In this document: piece by piece, positions 61,481 to 64,000 of the stretch
Position numbering within the stretch: the stretch's first letter is position 1
Layout of the letters: each line of letters starts with the position of its first letter
Origin: Octopus sinensis
Taxonomy: Eukaryota
Direction of reading: 5' to 3'
DNA: 64,000 bases
Assembly: GCF_006345805.1 (NCBI RefSeq)
Contig: NW_021835995.1
Span: 1-64,000 of the forward strand
Notes under the pieces: model-generated
Told to the model about the DNA's origin: nothing
The model's input: only the letters and a program-made list of their open reading frames with translations
The model's database searches: none
Translations under genes and position numbers: made by a program

Positions 61481-63060
61481 GGATATCTCACTGGTTCACA
61501 AGGAAACAGGAATACCAAAATTAAATACTGTTTCTTTGTGGATGATTTAAAACTTTATGCAAAGAATATGCGTGAGATGAAAAAGAGCCTTGACCTAGTT
61601 ACAACATTCTCAAAGGATTCAAAGGATGTAGGGTTGGAGGTTGGTCAGGATAAATGTCGTTATATGGTTGTGAAAAGGGAGAAAACTGTAAACCAGACTA
61701 GCAGCATCCCCATCAATGACTTCACTGTTTCCCTTTTATCTGACGAGGAATGTTACAGGTATCTAGGAGTGGATGAAAGCATATCTTACAATGGCACCTG
61801 TAACAACACGCGTTACTAAAGAATATTACAGCTGAATAAAGAAAATTTAGACCTCAGAACACTCTCCGCATTCAATAAAACAGTGGCCCACGATGCGTTT
61901 GCAGTGCCAGTACTCATGCCAACATTTGGGCTACTTGATTGGGCACTTGATGAGATCCGAGCCATTGATGTGAAACCCCCAAAAAATATTAACAAGCACA
62001 CATAATTTCCACATAAACAATGACGTAGACCGCATCTACCTAAAACGAAACAAGGCGGTAGAGGTTTAACATCGATCCAAAATGCCTTTGAATGTCGTAT
62101 CATATCCCTTCGGCAATATCTTTTAACCACCAAGTGTTGAAGTGCATCCTTGACCAAGTAAACATATATGAGGGTGATAATATTATAAGACCAGGAAGGC
62201 ATCTCCTTGAGCAGCATTCCTTCTCTGATAACCTTAAATACATGCCCAAAGAAACCGCAGGGCTCACCCGCAACATATCATTAGATGAAAGGATGAGTAT
62301 ATATGAGCAGAAGACTATTCATGGATATGTTAATAGAAAGCTCCGAGATGATAGCAACATTGATCATCAAAGTGGTCTATCATGGACCAATAACCGGATT
62401 ACTACCTTCCACTATGAAGGCTATGCGTTTGCAATACAGGAACAGGAAATGTCAACAAAGTACCTCATGCACAAAAGGGATGGAGATGCAGAAAAAGCAA
62501 TAAAATATGACAACCAATGCAGACTTTGTGGAGTTGACACCGAATATATGACCCACATCATTAGCAGTTGTCTGAAAATGTCATCACGGTATTATCTACT
62601 GATGAGACATGATGTTGTTGCTAGAACACTCGATAATGAAATCCGTCGATATCTCCGAAGAAATAAGTACACACAATATGGTAGAAGCCGTAGCCACTCA
62701 TAATAAAAAGGAGTACTGGTGGAATGTCCCTGTGAAGACATCAATAACATGTAAGTAGCACAGACCTGATATAATGATTTGGGATAGAGAAGAGAAACTG
62801 TGCACAATTGTGGAAATTAGCTGCCCAGCGGATGTTAACATAAAACTGAAGATCAGTGAAAGAGAGAACACCTATGCTGAACTATTGAGAAATCAGCAGT
62901 TACTCTATCCAGAGTACAAGTTCAGGTTTATGCCTGTAATCATTGGGGCCCTGGGATATGTAACACACTCCCTTTCTGGACGTTTATCATTTAGATACAT
63001 ATGAGCATGTCTAGAATTGCAACTTTATGTATGAGAATACATACATAAAACAAAATATAC
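61481..63060 (+). mobile_element. 5'-truncated, degraded R4-like REL retrotransposon flanked by (CATA)n
   Basis: DDLKLYAKN, YRYLGV, HINNDVDRIYLKRKQGGRGL, CRLC..THIISSC..RHDVVAR, DIMIWDREEKLCTIVEISCP, PVIIGALG. Confidence 0.85.
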
Positions 63061-63064
63061 AAAT

Positions 63065-63826
63065 TTACCTATATACATACATACATGCGTACATACATAC
63101 ACATACATACAAATGTATATACACATACATACACACATCTGTACATGCATATATACACTTGTATACATACACACATATATGTGTACATACATGCATGCAT
63201 ACACATGTGCATACATATATACACATGTGTACATACATACATACACATGTGAACATACATACACACATGTGTACATACATACATACACATGTATACAAAC
63301 ATTCACACACGTGTGTACATACATACATACACACATGTACAGACATAAATACATACATACATATATGTACATGCATACATACATGCATACATACATATAT
63401 GTACATGCATACATGCATACATACATATATGTACATGCGTACATACATGCATACATAGTTACATACATACATGCATGCATACATACATACATACATGCAT
63501 GCATACATACATACATGCATACATACATACATGCATACATGCATACATACATACATACATGCATGCATACATACATACATGCATACATACATACATGCAT
63601 ACATGCATGCATACATACATACATGCATACATACATACATGCATACATGCATACATACATACATACATACATGCATGCATACATACATGCATGCATACAT
63701 ACATATATGTACGTGCATACATGCATACATGCATACATGCATACATATATGTACGTGCATACATACATACATGCATGCATACATACATACACATGTTTAC
63801 ATACATACACACACACATGTGTACAT
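63065..63826. repeat. Compound (CATA/CATG)n microsatellite
   Basis: Direct reading. Confidence 0.95.
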
Positions 63827-64000
63827 AGGTTTATAAAAGTGCTTGCACTAGGAATATGAACCTTATTAAGAGAAAATATATAACATATTGGATTTCCTAC
63901 AAAATGGACAATCTGTCTATAATTTCGAATGTTTTCGTATTTTGTTTTACTCGTCCTCCATTCCTGTATATTATATTATCGATCTAAATATGAATCCATA

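Overview
AT-rich, microsatellite-saturated animal DNA; the SINE families and composition point to an octopus genome (inferred from recognition, not verified). No prokaryotic features or CRISPR. Most of the window is transposon-derived: two Gypsy fragments, a near-full-length R4/Dong-type REL retrotransposon plus a truncated sister copy (both in TAA repeats), a second R4-like family embedded in (CATA)n, CR1, L1/Tx1 and RTE-like remnants, a Buster/Charlie hAT, a mariner remnant, Tigger-type MITEs, Helentron-type elements and many tRNA-derived SINEs. Scattered + strand exons suggest one or more secreted or single-pass, possibly C-type-lectin-like, host genes carrying stops/frameshifts. The most striking signal is a set of fold-back (palindromic) elements whose arms carry minimal type-I hammerhead ribozyme motifs of the Penelope type: a head-to-head tRNA-headed SINE with a hammerhead in each arm (8789-9356), a palindrome whose hammerhead cores have a swapped G3-C8 pair (44914-45196), another hammerhead palindrome (45345-45538), and a degraded Penelope RT/GIY-YIG element ending in a hammerhead (51410-52722). 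Many frameshifts look like single-base consensus errors, so some disruptions and some fold-backs may be assembly artefacts. All folds and translations were done by eye.
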